Below, in pieces: positions 1 to 8,888 of a stretch of 64,000 bases of DNA; the stretch's first letter is position 1; each line of letters begins with the position of its first letter. Both the position numbers and the translations under genes were made by a program. The stretch spans positions 224,523-288,522 of the forward strand of contig JBGAML010000005.1 in assembly GCA_044223005.1 (NCBI GenBank). Direction: 5' to 3'. The notes below the pieces were generated by a model. That model saw only the letters and a program-made list of their open reading frames with translations. It had not been told where the DNA came from and did not search any database. This DNA is from Candidatus Eiseniibacteriota bacterium. Its GTDB lineage: Bacteria; Eisenbacteria; RBG-16-71-46.

Positions 1-2
1 AC

Positions 3-701
3 GTGGCGGTGGCCAAGCACGGCAACCGCGCGGTCTCGAGCCGCACGGGCAGCGCCGACGTGCTGGAGTCGCTGGGCGTCGGCATCGACCTGACGCCGGT
101 CGACGCGGCGCGCTCGCTCGACGCGATCGGGATCACGTTCCTCTTCGCGCCCAACTACCACGGCGCGCTGCGGCACGCGGTGGGTCCGCGCCGCGAGCTC
201 GGGATCCGCACGGTCTTCAACGTGCTGGGGCCCCTCACGAATCCCGCGGGCGCCTCGCGCCAGCTGCTCGGCGTCTACGCCGACAGCCTGGTGCGTACGA
301 TCGCCGACGTGCTGCTCGAACTGGGCAGCGAGCGTGCGATGGTGGTGCACGGGCAGGACGGCATGGACGAGCTGACGGTGTTCGCGCGCAACCACGTGGC
401 CGAACTGCGCGACGGCAAGGTGACCGAGTACGAGGTGGATCCGGCGCAGTACGGCCTGGCCCACACCGACCGCCACGGGGTGGCGGGCGGCAACGCCTCC
501 GAGAACGCCGCGCGCGTGCGCGCCGTGCTCGACGGCGAGAAGGGCCCGGCGCGGGATATCGTGGTGCTCAACGCCGCGGCGACGCTCGTCGTCGCGGGCG
601 TGGTGCCGGACCTCGGCGCCGGCGTCGAGCGGGCCCGTGCCGCGCTCGATCGCGGGGACGCCCGCCGCAAGCTCGCCGACCTCGCCGCGTTCCGCGGCTA
701 G
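3..701 (+). CDS. trpD: Anthranilate phosphoribosyltransferase TrpD, C-terminal part (5' end outside window)
   Basis: ORF translation (MAVAKHGNRAVSSRTGSADVLESLGV...NYHGAL...) matches conserved TrpD glycosyltransferase family 3 motifs; followed by trpC/F/B. Confidence 0.9.
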   Translation: MAVAKHGNRAVSSRTGSADVLESLGVGIDLTPVDAARSLDAIGITFLFAPNYHGALRHAVGPRRELGIRTVFNVLGPLTNPAGASRQLLGVYADSLVRTIADVLLELGSERAMVVHGQDGMDELTVFARNHVAELRDGKVTEYEVDPAQYGLAHTDRHGVAGGNASENAARVRAVLDGEKGPARDIVVLNAAATLVVAGVVPDLGAGVERARAALDRGDARRKLADLAAFRG

Positions 702-718
702 GCTCCGCAGGAGGCAAC

Positions 719-1318
719 GTGTACTGCACGCGCTGTGGCACCTGGGCCCCGGAGGCGGGCACCGCGTGCCCGCGCTGCGGCGAGCCGCTGGCCGCGCCGG
801 CCGCCGCACGCCCCGAAACGGCGCCGCGCGCCGCCGCCGTCCCGGCGGGACCGCGCTACGGCGGCTTCTGGCGCCGGCTGTGGGCGTGGCTGGTCGACGG
901 GCTCGTGCTGTTCTTCCCGGACACGATCCTGCGCCTGACGCTCGACCTGCCGACGCCGCTGCGCACGCGCCCGTCGATCGACGGCGACACGCACCGCGTG
1001 ATCGTGGGCTTCGCGATCACGACGGCGCTCTGGTGGCTCTACTGCTCCATCCTCGAGAGCTCGCCGATGCAGGGCACGCTGGGCCAGCAGCTGCTGGGCC
1101 TCAAGGTCACCGACCTCGCCGGCCGCCGCGTGTCGTACCTGCGTGCGACGGGGCGCTACTTCGGGCAGTTCCTCTCGAGCCTGATCTGCGGCGTCGGTTA
1201 CCTGTTCAACCTGTGGACGCCGCGACGGCAGACGCTCCACGACATGGTCTCGGGCTGCGTGCTCGTGCGCCCCGAGCCGGAGCCGGCGCCGGTTGCGCTG
1301 GCCAAGGAGACGGTGTGA
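719..1318 (+). CDS. RDD-family membrane protein with N-terminal CxxC...CxxC zinc ribbon
   Basis: N-terminus MYCTRCGTWAPEAGTACPRCG (zinc ribbon), then GFWRRLWAWLVDGLVLF and later RDD-like region; hydrophobic segments. Confidence 0.6.
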   Translation: MYCTRCGTWAPEAGTACPRCGEPLAAPAAARPETAPRAAAVPAGPRYGGFWRRLWAWLVDGLVLFFPDTILRLTLDLPTPLRTRPSIDGDTHRVIVGFAITTALWWLYCSILESSPMQGTLGQQLLGLKVTDLAGRRVSYLRATGRYFGQFLSSLICGVGYLFNLWTPRRQTLHDMVSGCVLVRPEPEPAPVALAKETV

Positions 1319-2130
1319 GCACTTCGGGCGTGGATTTCCTGGCGCGCATCGCCGCGGACCGCCGCAAGCGGGTCGAGGCCATGCGCACGGCGGTGCCGGC
1401 GCACGTGCTGCGCGAGCGCATCGGCCGCATCGAGCCGGCGGGCCGGCTGGAGCGCGCGCTGCGGCGTGGGGGAGACGCGGGCGCGATCAAGATGCTCTGC
1501 GAGGTGAAACGCGCCTCGCCCTCGCGAGGGATGCTCAACGAGCGCGTCGACCCGGTCGCGACCGCGCGGCTCTACGAAGCCGGTGGCGCGGCGGCGGTAT
1601 CGCTGGTCACCGAGCCGGACCATTTCCGCGGCGATCCCGAGTGGATGAACGCCGTGCGGCCGCAGGTGAAGCTGCCACTGCTGCTCAAGGACTTCGTCAT
1701 CGACTCGTACCAGATCCTCGACGCGGCGGCGCGCGGCGCCGACGCGGTGCTGCTGCTCGCGGCGCTGCTCTCGGAGACCGAGATTCAGCGCTACGTCACC
1801 GAGGCGCGGCTGCTGGGGCTGGACGCGCTGGTCGAGGTGCACGACGAGGCCGAGCTGGCGCACGCGCTGCGCGCGGGCGCGACGATCGTCGGCATCAACA
1901 ACCGCAGCCTGCACACGTTCGAGGTCGACCTGCAGACGTCGATCCGGCTGCTGCCGGGCCTGCCGGATTACGTCACCGCCGTGGCCGAGAGCGGACTCTC
2001 GCGCCCCGAGGACCTCGCACGGCTGCGCGCCACGCGCTGCGACGCCGTGCTGATGGGCGAGGTGTTCATGACGAGCGCCGATCCCGCGGCCACGCTGGCG
2101 AGCCTCGCCGCGGCCGCGCGCGGCGCATGA
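1315..2130 (+). CDS. trpC: Indole-3-glycerol phosphate synthase TrpC
   Basis: GTG start overlapping stop of RDD gene; translation ...IKMLCEVKRASPSRG...VSLVTEPDHFRG...LLKDFVID...GINNRSLHTFEVDL typical of IGPS. Confidence 0.88.
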   Translation: MSTSGVDFLARIAADRRKRVEAMRTAVPAHVLRERIGRIEPAGRLERALRRGGDAGAIKMLCEVKRASPSRGMLNERVDPVATARLYEAGGAAAVSLVTEPDHFRGDPEWMNAVRPQVKLPLLLKDFVIDSYQILDAAARGADAVLLLAALLSETEIQRYVTEARLLGLDALVEVHDEAELAHALRAGATIVGINNRSLHTFEVDLQTSIRLLPGLPDYVTAVAESGLSRPEDLARLRATRCDAVLMGEVFMTSADPAATLASLAAAARGA

Positions 2131-2777
2131 CGGACACGCGCGCGGGCCGCCGGCGGACGCTGGTCAAGGTGTGCGGCCTGACGCGCGCCGGCGACGCCGC
2201 GGGTGCGATCGCGGCGGGCGCCGACTGGCTGGGATTCATCGTCAACGCGGGCGGCCCCCGGCAGGTGGGCGCCGACGGCATGGCGGCGATCATGGCCGCG
2301 CTGCCGGGCGCCACCGGCGTCGCGGTGCTGGCGGCGGTGGGGCCGGAAGAGGCGCTCGCGATCGGTCGGCGCGCGGGCGCGACGCGGCTGCAGCTGCACC
2401 GCTGTGATCCGGCCGCGTGGCCGGCGGATTTCCCGTTGCCGTGCGCGTTCGTGGCGGGCGTCGACGCCGACGGCCACGTGCACGCGCCGGTCGCACCAGA
2501 GCCGCACCTCGTGCATCTCGACACGGCGCACCCCACGCTGGACGGCGGCACCGGCCGCACCTTCCCGTGGGACCGTGCGCGCGAGATCGTGGGCGGACGG
2601 CCGTTCCTGCTCGCGGGTGGGCTCGGCCCCGACAACGTGGCCGCGGCCATCGCCGCGGCGGCGCCGATGGGAGTGGACGCATCGTCCCGGCTCGAATCCG
2701 TGCCGGGGATCAAGGACATGGAGCTCGTGCGGCGCTTCGTCGCCGCGGTACGGGAGTGCGATGAACGCCAAGCCTGA
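2127..2777 (+). CDS. trpF: Phosphoribosylanthranilate isomerase TrpF
   Basis: ATGA overlap with trpC stop; MTDT...LVKVCGLTR...GADWLGFIV...[17 protein letters not shown] motifs. Confidence 0.85.
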   Translation: MTDTRAGRRRTLVKVCGLTRAGDAAGAIAAGADWLGFIVNAGGPRQVGADGMAAIMAALPGATGVAVLAAVGPEEALAIGRRAGATRLQLHRCDPAAWPADFPLPCAFVAGVDADGHVHAPVAPEPHLVHLDTAHPTLDGGTGRTFPWDRAREIVGGRPFLLAGGLGPDNVAAAIAAAAPMGVDASSRLESVPGIKDMELVRRFVAAVRECDERQA

Positions 2778-3957
2778 CATGCCCGACGCCGGCGGCCACT
2801 TCGGCCCCTACGGCGGCCAGTACGCGCCCGAGACGCTGATCCACGCGCTGGAGGAACTGGAGCGCGAGTACCGGCGCGCCCAGTCCGACCCGGCGTTCCA
2901 GCGCGAACTGGACGACGTGCTGCGCGACTTCGCCGGCCGCCCGACGCCGCTGGTCGAGGCGAAGCGGCTTTCGGAAGCGGCGGGCTGCCGCGTGTTCCTG
3001 AAGCGCGAGGACCTGCTGCACACGGGCGCGCACAAGATCAACAACACGATCGGCCAGTGCCTGCTCACGAAGCGCATGGGCAAGCCGCGCGTGATCGCCG
3101 AGACGGGCGCCGGCCAGCACGGCGTCGCCACCGCGGCGGCCGCGGCCCGCTTCGGACTCGAGTGCACGGTCTACATGGGCTGCGAGGACGCGCGCCGCCA
3201 GAAGCTCAACGTGGAACGCATGCGGCTGCTGGGCGCCGAGGTGCGCGAGGTGGACGCGGGCTCGAAGACGCTGAAGGACGCGATCAACGAGGCGATGCGC
3301 GACTGGGTGACACGCGTGCGTGACACGCACTACATCCTGGGCTCGGTGCTGGGCCCGCACCCGTTCCCGGTGATGGTGCGCGACTTCCATCGCGTGATCG
3401 GCATCGAGGCGCGCCGCCAGTTCGACGAGCTCGCGGGCGGCCAGCCGGACGTGCTGGTCGCGTGTGTGGGCGGCGGCAGCAACGCGATCGGCCTCTTCCA
3501 CGCGTTCCTGGGCGACGCGAAGGTGCGCAAGGTGGGCGTGGAGGCGGGCGGCCACGGCCTCGCGAGCGGCAAGCACGCGGCGCGCGTCCCCGAGCACAGC
3601 GTCGGCGTGCTGCACGGCACGCGCACGCTGATCCTGCAGGACGAGCTGGGCATGGTGCGCGAGACGCACTCGGTCTCCGCGGGCCTCGACTACCCGGCGC
3701 TGGGACCGGAGCACGCGTGGCTGCTGGATCAGGGGCTTGCGGAGTACTCGCACGCGACGGACGAGGAAGCGCTCGCGGCGTTCGAGAAGCTCTCGCGGCT
3801 GGAAGGCATCCTGCCGGCGCTCGAGTCGTCGCATGCGCTCGCGTGGGTGCTGCGGGAAGGGGCGAAGCTCGGTCGCGACGCGCGGGTGGTCGTGAACCTC
3901 TCGGGACGCGGCGACAAGGACGTGGCGGAAGTGCTGAGGGTGACGGGGCGGGGGTAG
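2761..3957 (+). CDS. trpB: Tryptophan synthase beta chain TrpB
   Basis: Overlaps trpF by 17 nt; [12 protein letters not shown]-lysine motif, GGGSNAIG, full-length about 398 aa. Confidence 0.92.
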   Translation: MNAKPDMPDAGGHFGPYGGQYAPETLIHALEELEREYRRAQSDPAFQRELDDVLRDFAGRPTPLVEAKRLSEAAGCRVFLKREDLLHTGAHKINNTIGQCLLTKRMGKPRVIAETGAGQHGVATAAAAARFGLECTVYMGCEDARRQKLNVERMRLLGAEVREVDAGSKTLKDAINEAMRDWVTRVRDTHYILGSVLGPHPFPVMVRDFHRVIGIEARRQFDELAGGQPDVLVACVGGGSNAIGLFHAFLGDAKVRKVGVEAGGHGLASGKHAARVPEHSVGVLHGTRTLILQDELGMVRETHSVSAGLDYPALGPEHAWLLDQGLAEYSHATDEEALAAFEKLSRLEGILPALESSHALAWVLREGAKLGRDARVVVNLSGRGDKDVAEVLRVTGRG

Positions 3958-4250
3958 GGGCGAGGGGCACCGCTCCGTCAGGCCGCGAGCATGTACGCGC
4001 GACCTGAGACGCACGATCACTCCGCCCTTGACAGCATTCCGCGCGCATCGAGTTCGCTCTCGCGACTGCCTGCGCCGCATCGCTTGAGCGCGCCACGATC
4101 GGCGTGTGTCGCGCCCGGCGCGTCCCATCGCCACAACTTTGTCGCGACGCGCATCATTTCGCGGCGTGCGCGCGCCTGTGGCGGCCGCTTTCGCGTGTGC
4201 TACACAGTGCGTGCGCTCGACACGCACCCGCCCCCGACGCGGATGTGCTC

Positions 4251-5594
4251 ATGCGGACCGTTCGCTCTTTGTTCTCGCTCACGCCCCAGGTCCTGGTTTC
4301 GGAGACGCGCTCGTTGCTGGCGGCGCGCGCCGTCAATCTCGCGGAGTTGCTCGAACACCTCGCCGAGATCGACGCGCGGAAGCTCTACGTCGAGGCGGCG
4401 TACGGCTCGACGACGGCGTTCCTCGTCGGCGAACTGGGGATGGATCCGGATTCGGCGAACAAGAAGATCCAGGCGGCGCGTGCCGTTCGCCGAGTTCCGG
4501 CACTCCTGCCGGCGATTGCGGACGGGCGGCTGCACCTGAGCGCGGCGCTCATGCTGCTACCGTCGATCGATGTCGAGAATGCCGAAGAGCTGATCGCTGC
4601 CGCCTCCAATCGCTCGTGTGGTGCGATCCGAGTGATGCTCGCCGAGCGGGTACGGACGCGCGAGCCACAGGCGGGCGCAGACCTGCTTTCGCAAGTCGTT
4701 GCGAATACTGAAAGCGAACCGGATTCAAATCCGGTCATTTCCAGAAACGGTCAAGTGGCCGCGACGGTCCAGCAGACCGCTGCCCAGCCCGCGCCAGTCG
4801 CTCCGGCCCGCCGCACGATCACGTTCACCGTTCCCGCCGAGCTGGCTGAAGCCTACCGTGCCGCCCTCGCGCTCGCGCCCTACGACGTCGCGCGTGACGC
4901 CGTTCGCGCGTTCGAGCAGATGGTGGCGGCGTGGCGCGAGAAGCTCGAGAAGCGGAAGTTCGGGAGCGAGACGCCCCGTGCCGCCAGCAAGGCGTCGACG
5001 GACTCCCGCTGCATCCCGAAACACGTGCGCCGCGAGGTCTGGCGGCGCGACGGCGGCCAGTGCACGTACGTGAGCGACACCGGCCGCCGCTGCGAATGCC
5101 GCAAGCAGCTGCAGTTCGATCACATCATCTCGCGCGCGCTCGGTGGCGAGTCGACGCCCCCGAACCTGCGGCTCCGCTGTCACGCGCACAATCAGCTCGA
5201 GGCCGAGCGCGCGTTCGGCAAGCGCTTCATGGAGGGCAAGCGCGAGGCCGCCCGCGCCGAGCGCGAACGGGAGAGAGCCGCTCGCGAGGCCCGCCGCGCG
5301 GCCCGCGAGCTCGAGCGCGCCGATCGGGAGCGAGCTGAGAGCCAAGCTCCCGCCGTGCGACGCGCCGAACGCCAACGCGTCGCCGAGTCCGAGGCAGCGA
5401 GCAGGGAAGCCGCCAAGGAGCTGATTCCCTGGCTGCGCGGGCTCGGCCTGCGGCAGCACGAGGCCCGGGACGTCGCGCTTCGGACGCCCATCCTCCCGAA
5501 TGCACCGCTCGAAGCCCGCGTCAAAGCCGCGCTGCGCCTTCTCGGCCCGCGGGGCATGCGCACGACTTCATGCGCCGCTCCGAACCCCGCGTGA
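4251..5594 (+). CDS. DUF222 + HNH endonuclease family protein (REP13E12-like)
   Basis: N-terminal DUF222-like region (LAELLEHLAEIDARKLYVEAAYGSTTAFLV...), C-terminal HNH motif (CTYV...C...FDHIISRALGG...NLRLRCHAHN) followed by Arg/Glu-rich coiled-coil tail; 290-nt non-coding leader upstream. Confidence 0.75.
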   Translation: MRTVRSLFSLTPQVLVSETRSLLAARAVNLAELLEHLAEIDARKLYVEAAYGSTTAFLVGELGMDPDSANKKIQAARAVRRVPALLPAIADGRLHLSAALMLLPSIDVENAEELIAAASNRSCGAIRVMLAERVRTREPQAGADLLSQVVANTESEPDSNPVISRNGQVAATVQQTAAQPAPVAPARRTITFTVPAELAEAYRAALALAPYDVARDAVRAFEQMVAAWREKLEKRKFGSETPRAASKASTDSRCIPKHVRREVWRRDGGQCTYVSDTGRRCECRKQLQFDHIISRALGGESTPPNLRLRCHAHNQLEAERAFGKRFMEGKREAARAERERERAAREARRAARELERADRERAESQAPAVRRAERQRVAESEAASREAAKELIPWLRGLGLRQHEARDVALRTPILPNAPLEARVKAALRLLGPRGMRTTSCAAPNPA

Positions 5595-5670
5595 CCACGA
5601 GCGCGGCCCATGCGAAAGGCGCGACGGCCTCTTCGGCCGTCGCGCCTGCGCTGATCGCGATCCGAAGAAC

Positions 5671-6408
5671 TCAGCCCTTGCTCGGCAGGTACTCCGCCAC
5701 CCGATGCGCGACCTTGCTCGGCGTCAGCGAGTGCAGCCAGATGCGGCCGGGGCCGGTCAGCGTCGCGAGGAACAGGCCTTCGCCGCCCATGAGGATGTTC
5801 GTGAAGCCCTTGATCATCTCGATGTCGAAGCTCACCGAGGCGTCGAACATGGCCACGTGGCCGGGCTCGACGCGCATCTTCTCGCCGGGCTTCAGGTGAT
5901 ATTCGATCGCGTCGCCGTCGAGTTCGGCGAAGGCGGCACCGGGGCCGGTCAGCTTCTGGAGCACGAAGCCTTCGCCGGCGAAGAGGCCGGCGCCGAGGCG
6001 GCGGTTGAAGAAGATGTCCAACGTGACGGTCTTCTCGGCGCAGAGGAACGCGTGCTTGTGGAGCACGATCGACTGCTGGCCGGCGAGCTCGAACGCGAGC
6101 ACCTTGCCGGGGAAGTCGGCCGAGAAGGCGACGTGTCCGGCCTCGCCCTGGGCGGTGTAGTCGACGAGGAAGAGCGTGGCGCCGCTGACGGCGCGCTTCA
6201 GCAGTCCGCCGATGCCGCCGGTCGAGCGCGTGTTCATCTGCACCGACTGGCTCATCCATGACATGCCGCCGGCGTCGGAGACGATCGTCTGGCCGGCGGC
6301 GAGGTCCACGAGCAGCGTCTGCTGGATGCTGCCGTCGATGCGATAGTCGATGCCGGCGGCGGTCCTGCCACTCGTTTCGGCGGGAGCGGGAATGTCGGGG
6401 ATGGCCAT
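5671..6408 (-). CDS. AIM24/TIGR00266 family protein (DUF124)
   Basis: Translation MAIPDIP...matches AIM24-like architecture (about 245 aa, Gly-rich beta-rich repeats, GFTNILMGGEGLFLATLTGPG). Confidence 0.7.
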   Translation of the reverse strand: MAIPDIPAPAETSGRTAAGIDYRIDGSIQQTLLVDLAAGQTIVSDAGGMSWMSQSVQMNTRSTGGIGGLLKRAVSGATLFLVDYTAQGEAGHVAFSADFPGKVLAFELAGQQSIVLHKHAFLCAEKTVTLDIFFNRRLGAGLFAGEGFVLQKLTGPGAAFAELDGDAIEYHLKPGEKMRVEPGHVAMFDASVSFDIEMIKGFTNILMGGEGLFLATLTGPGRIWLHSLTPSKVAHRVAEYLPSKG

Positions 6409-6533
6409 GCGGGCCTCGTCGGGAAAGGGTGGAGGTGGGGCTCGCGCGCGACCGTAGCCGAGCGCTCGCGCGCGGGCCAGCCGGGGCGGCTGTACGCCCA
6501 CGGTCCGCCCGTGCTATAAACGGTCCCCGCCGT

Positions 6534-6610
6534 GCGCCCGTAGCTCAATTGGATAGAGCGTTAGCCTCCGGAGCTAAAGGTTACAGGTTCGATTCCTGTC
6601 GGGCGCACCA
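6534..6610 (+). tRNA. tRNA-Arg (anticodon CCG)
   Basis: Cloverleaf: acceptor GCGCCCG/CGGGCGC, D-arm AGCTCAATTGGATAGAGC, anticodon stem TTAGC/GCTAA with loop CTCCGGA (CCG), T-arm GGTTCGATTCC, encoded CCA. Confidence 0.85.
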
Positions 6611-6643
6611 TCCCTTCCTCCGCGGGCCGTCCCCGGAAACCTC

Positions 6644-7690
6644 GTGAGGTCGCGGCCCTTGTCCACACCGGATCGCTTCGAACCGCATGCGTCGCGCGCG
6701 ATGGCGTCGATGTTCGACGACGTCTCGGGGCGCTACGACCTGCTCAACCGGCTGATGACGCTGGGGCAGGACGGGGCCTGGCGCGAAGCCATGTGGCGCG
6801 GCGTGCCGGAATCGGCCCGCGTGGTGCTCGACTTGTGCACGGGCAGCGGCGTGTCGCTGCCGGGGCTACGCCGGCCGGGCCGCACGGTGCTCGGCGTGGA
6901 CGTGAGCTTCGCCATGCTCGAAGTGGCGCGCGACCAGTTCGGCGGCCCGGGCTGGGCGCCGCGCGTGGCGTGCGCGGACGCGTTCCGGCTGCCGCTGCGC
7001 GACGGCGGCGTGGACGCCGTGACGGTGGCGTTCGGCGTGCGCAACCTGCGCCCACGCACCACCGCGCTGGCCGAGATCGCGCGCGTGCTCTCGGCGGGCG
7101 GCGTGCTCTCGGTGCTCGAGGCCGCGGCGCCCGCGCCGGGTCCGCTCGCGGGCGGGCACGCGTTCTGGCTGCGCCACATGGTGCCGCTGCTCGGGCGGCT
7201 CTCGCCGGATCCGAGCGCCTACCGCTACCTGCGCGACTCGATCTTCGAGTTCGGCGCCGGGCCGGAGTTCGAGCGCGACCTGGACGCGGCCGGATTCGAC
7301 GTGATCGAGCGCCGCAGCTTCCTGCTCGGGGCGACCCGGCTCTGGGTTGCCCGGAGGCGAGGGAGCGCTGGTCAATCTCGCGCCATCGCACGCGACGCCG
7401 TGCAGGATGCACGGAGCACTGGGGCAGCTTCCGCTCCCGGCGACCCCGGCCTGCGCGAGCTCGCGGCCGGAACGGGGGCATGGCGCCACGTCCAGCTCCT
7501 CGTCTCGGCGGCCCTCACGGCCGCCCTGGCGTGGACGTGGAACGTCTACGCCAAGCTCAATGCCGACTTGCCCTTGTCGCCGCCGCAACGGACGATGGGC
7601 TGGTGGCTCGTGGTGGGCGGGACGATCGTTTTCGGGCTGCGGACGCTCTGGTTTCTCGCCACTCTCCGGCTCGTCCGGCGGCGGCGCTGA
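6644..7690 (+). CDS. ubiE: UbiE/MenG-type demethylmenaquinone/ubiquinone methyltransferase with C-terminal membrane extension
   Basis: FDDVSGRYDLLNRLMTLGQD...LDLCTGSG SAM-MTase motifs; C-terminal about 100 aa hydrophobic extension; start may be internal ATG at 6701. Confidence 0.75.
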   Translation: MRSRPLSTPDRFEPHASRAMASMFDDVSGRYDLLNRLMTLGQDGAWREAMWRGVPESARVVLDLCTGSGVSLPGLRRPGRTVLGVDVSFAMLEVARDQFGGPGWAPRVACADAFRLPLRDGGVDAVTVAFGVRNLRPRTTALAEIARVLSAGGVLSVLEAAAPAPGPLAGGHAFWLRHMVPLLGRLSPDPSAYRYLRDSIFEFGAGPEFERDLDAAGFDVIERRSFLLGATRLWVARRRGSAGQSRAIARDAVQDARSTGAASAPGDPGLRELAAGTGAWRHVQLLVSAALTAALAWTWNVYAKLNADLPLSPPQRTMGWWLVVGGTIVFGLRTLWFLATLRLVRRRR

Positions 7691-7768
7691 GACGGTCGGG
7701 GCATCTGGCACAGGCATTGCCAGTTCTGGGTGGGATTTGCCCCACAAACCACCTGGAAGAAGACCCCC

Positions 7769-8779
7769 ATGCATTCCCGTGAACGCCTGCTCGCCTCGCT
7801 GATGGAACTCTCCGGCCGGAACGCGGCGCGCTCGCGTCCCGAACTGGTCGCCAACCTGCTGCGTGGGGCGATCGCGCTCGCGGAGGCGGACGGGGTGGTG
7901 CTCGGCATCACGAACGGCCGCAACTTCGAACGCTGGGCGCTGCGCGCCGGCGAGGACCTGCCGCTGCCGGTCGAAGCGCCGGGAACGCCGGGGCCGTTCG
8001 AACGCTCGATGATGCGTGCCACGGCACCGCGCGCGCTGGCCGATCTCGCCGAGTCCGATCGCGCCGCCACCGAGATCGACTGCCCCGAGCTCGACGCGGG
8101 GCCGGCGATCTTCGTGCCGCTGCGCATGCGCGAGCAGGAACTGGGGTACCTCGCGGCGCTGCGGCGCACGGGAGGGACGCGCTTCGCGCACCGGGAGGCG
8201 CGCCACCTGGCGCTGCTCTCGGCCTACGCGGGCGCGATGCTCGACAACATGCGCGTGTCGGAGAACCTCGAGAAGCTCGCGGTCACCGACGACCTGACGC
8301 AGGTCTACAACTACCGCTACCTCAAGACCGCGCTGCGGCGCGAAGTGAAGCGCGCCTCGCGCTTCCGCCAGCCGCTCTCGCTGCTCATGGTGGACGTCGA
8401 CAACCTGAAGGGCTACAACGACCGCAACGGCCACCTGCGCGGCAGCTTCCTGCTCAAGGAGATCGCGGGGCTGTTCGCGGAACAGGTGCGTTCGTTCGAC
8501 CTCGTGGCCAAGTACGGCGGCGACGAGTTCACGGTCATCCTGCCGCAGACGGTGCGCCACGGCGCCGCGGCGGTGGCGGAGCGGCTCCGCGCCACGGTCG
8601 CCGCGCACAACTTCCCGCTCGCGCCCGCGGGCGGCATCACCGTCAGCGTCGGCATCGCGTGCTTCCCCGAGGACGGCGACAGCGTCACGTCGCTGATCGC
8701 GGCCTCGGACCGCGCGCTCTACGCCGCCAAGCGCAACGGCCGCAACCGAGTCGAAGGCATCGAACCGCTGGCGGCATGA
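7769..8779 (+). CDS. GAF-GGDEF diguanylate cyclase
   Basis: C-terminal GGDEF domain (RYGGDEFTVILPQT, YNDRNGHLRGSFLLKEIA); N-terminal GAF-like region. Confidence 0.8.
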   Translation: MHSRERLLASLMELSGRNAARSRPELVANLLRGAIALAEADGVVLGITNGRNFERWALRAGEDLPLPVEAPGTPGPFERSMMRATAPRALADLAESDRAATEIDCPELDAGPAIFVPLRMREQELGYLAALRRTGGTRFAHREARHLALLSAYAGAMLDNMRVSENLEKLAVTDDLTQVYNYRYLKTALRREVKRASRFRQPLSLLMVDVDNLKGYNDRNGHLRGSFLLKEIAGLFAEQVRSFDLVAKYGGDEFTVILPQTVRHGAAAVAERLRATVAAHNFPLAPAGGITVSVGIACFPEDGDSVTSLIAASDRALYAAKRNGRNRVEGIEPLAA

Positions 8780-8888
8780 CATTCTCCGCGCCCCGGGCGG
8801 GTCGTTGACCGGCCCGCGGGGGCGAGGTAGCGTGCCGCGTCCACATCTGAGAGTCCGCCCGGGTCTCCCGGGCCACACCGGAGGCCGT

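Noticed and set aside
2710-4227. 505-aa ORF antisense to trpB (and similar long antisense/alternate-frame ORFs at 16917-17981, 38335-42390, 38624-41902, 45887-49348, 59503-61539, 60093-63197, 12325-13824, 1293-2130 upstream part)
   Set aside because: Arg/Ala/Pro/Gly-rich low-complexity translations with no family resemblance; they are the expected stop-codon-poor frames of a >70% GC genome, lying opposite or overlapping strongly supported genes.
4251-5594. HNH protein as the nuclease of a restriction-modification or CRISPR-associated system
   Set aside because: No methyltransferase, specificity subunit, cas genes or repeats adjacent. Domain organisation matches the DUF222-HNH (13E12-type) selfish-element family instead.
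6534-6610. tRNA-Arg as an integration site for a genomic island containing ubiE/GGDEF/sugar genes
   Set aside because: No integrase, no direct repeat of the tRNA 3' end seen downstream, and the downstream genes look like ordinary chromosomal metabolism/signalling genes.
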